A stretch of DNA of 64,000 nt from Moniliella sp. 'wahieum' (lineage: Eukaryota), in the NCBI GenBank assembly GCA_003971905.1, contig RSEE01000007.1, forward strand, positions 992,001 through 1,056,000, read 5' to 3'. Shown piece by piece: positions 63,292 through 64,000 of the stretch. Each line of letters begins with the position of its first letter. Position 1 is the stretch's first letter. The position numbers were made by a program, and so were the translations under genes. The notes beneath the pieces were generated by a model. The model was not told the origin of the DNA. It worked only from the letters and a program-made list of their open reading frames with translations, and ran no database searches.

Positions 63292-64000
63292 ATGTCCGAG
63301 CGCGTCAACATCAGCTCCCGGCCAGAGGATGAGCTCGTGGCCCCCACCCCGCAGAACACCCCGCTACAGAACCAGCCCCTCACCCGCGAGGCCCTCAGCC
63401 GCCCTACTGTCGGCACTGTGGAGGAGGAGGACGAGGAGGCGGCAGCCGCCAATGCCCCCAACGAGGCTGCGGCCGCTACACTTGCTTCCAACCCCGCCCT
63501 GGCTGCCATGATTGCTGAGCGTCTGGGCAACCTGAACGGCGCGAGCAGCGGCTACGTTGAGGGTTTGCCTGATTACCTGCGCCGCCGGGTGGCCGGTCTC
63601 GAGGGCCTCCAGGCTCAGCACCTCAAGATCGAGGCTGAGTTCCAAAAGGAAATTATGGAGCTGGAGCGCAAGTTCCAGGTCAAGTACGCCCCGCTGTACC
63701 AGCAACGCAAGGACATCATTCTTGGTGCGCAGGAGCCTTCGGCTACGCTTGTTCTGGAGGGTGAGAAGGCCACCGAGGCCAAACTGGGTGAGAATGACGA
63801 TGAGGACGAGAAGAAGGAGTCCCTGTCCGAGGTCAAGGCACCTGCCGATGGCGAGAAGGGCATCCCTCAATTCTGGCTCACTGCTCTCCGCACCCACACC
63901 GCCCTGTCCGAGATCATCACGGAGCGGGACGAAGAGGCGCTGCAGTTCCTGCAGGACATTCGGATGAACACTTGCCCTCGGCGGGCAAGCCGGGTTTCCA
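63292..64000 (+). CDS. NAP1: Nucleosome assembly protein 1 (runs off the window end)
   Basis: APTPQNTP, SSGYVEGLP..LRRRVAGL, IEAEFQKEIMELERKF..KYAPLYQQRKDII.G..EP, KGIPQFWLTAL, IITERDEEALQFL.DIR. Confidence 0.96.
   Translation, partial: MSERVNISSRPEDELVAPTPQNTPLQNQPLTREALSRPTVGTVEEEDEEAAAANAPNEAAAATLASNPALAAMIAERLGNLNGASSGYVEGLPDYLRRRVAGLEGLQAQHLKIEAEFQKEIMELERKFQVKYAPLYQQRKDIILGAQEPSATLVLEGEKATEAKLGENDDEDEKKESLSEVKAPADGEKGIPQFWLTALRTHTALSEIITERDEEALQFLQDIRMNTCPRRASRVS

Overview
Eukaryotic, fungal DNA. The GC-rich coding sequence, sparse ~55-90 nt GT-AG introns with CTGAC/CTAAC branch sites and protein families point to a basidiomycete; an intron-poor Ustilaginomycotina-like yeast is my inference. 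About 20 protein genes are recognisable: argininosuccinate synthase, a PAK/Ste20-family kinase, a WrbA/Pst2 quinone reductase, a Zn2Cys6 transcription factor, YOP1, an Osh3-type PH protein, a pectin methylesterase, RPS29, two thaumatin-type small secreted proteins, a GH128 glucanase, TAF1, an RTA1 protein, THI5/NMT1, TEL1/ATM, a FOL3-like folate ligase, TCTP, a YggU/DUF167 protein, a 3-repeat Myb factor and NAP1 (partial). There is also an intron-containing tRNA-Leu(CAG) and a Ty3/Gypsy RNase H relic. Most long genes, including essential ones, carry single-base frameshifts, most simply read as consensus errors of an unpolished long-read assembly, so many gene ends are approximate. Most interesting observations: (1) a structured RNA stem in an unusually long 5'UTR intron of RPS29; (2) an intronless, very bacterial-looking YggU gene with a possible mitochondrial presequence; (3) a ~250-370 bp unidentified repeat present three times; (4) recurring intergenic 7-bp-period arrays made of different A....T palindromic hexamers plus one base; (5) a loose island of secreted cell-wall-active proteins at 22.9-33.8 kb. 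No database searches were run; family calls rest on motifs I recognise.
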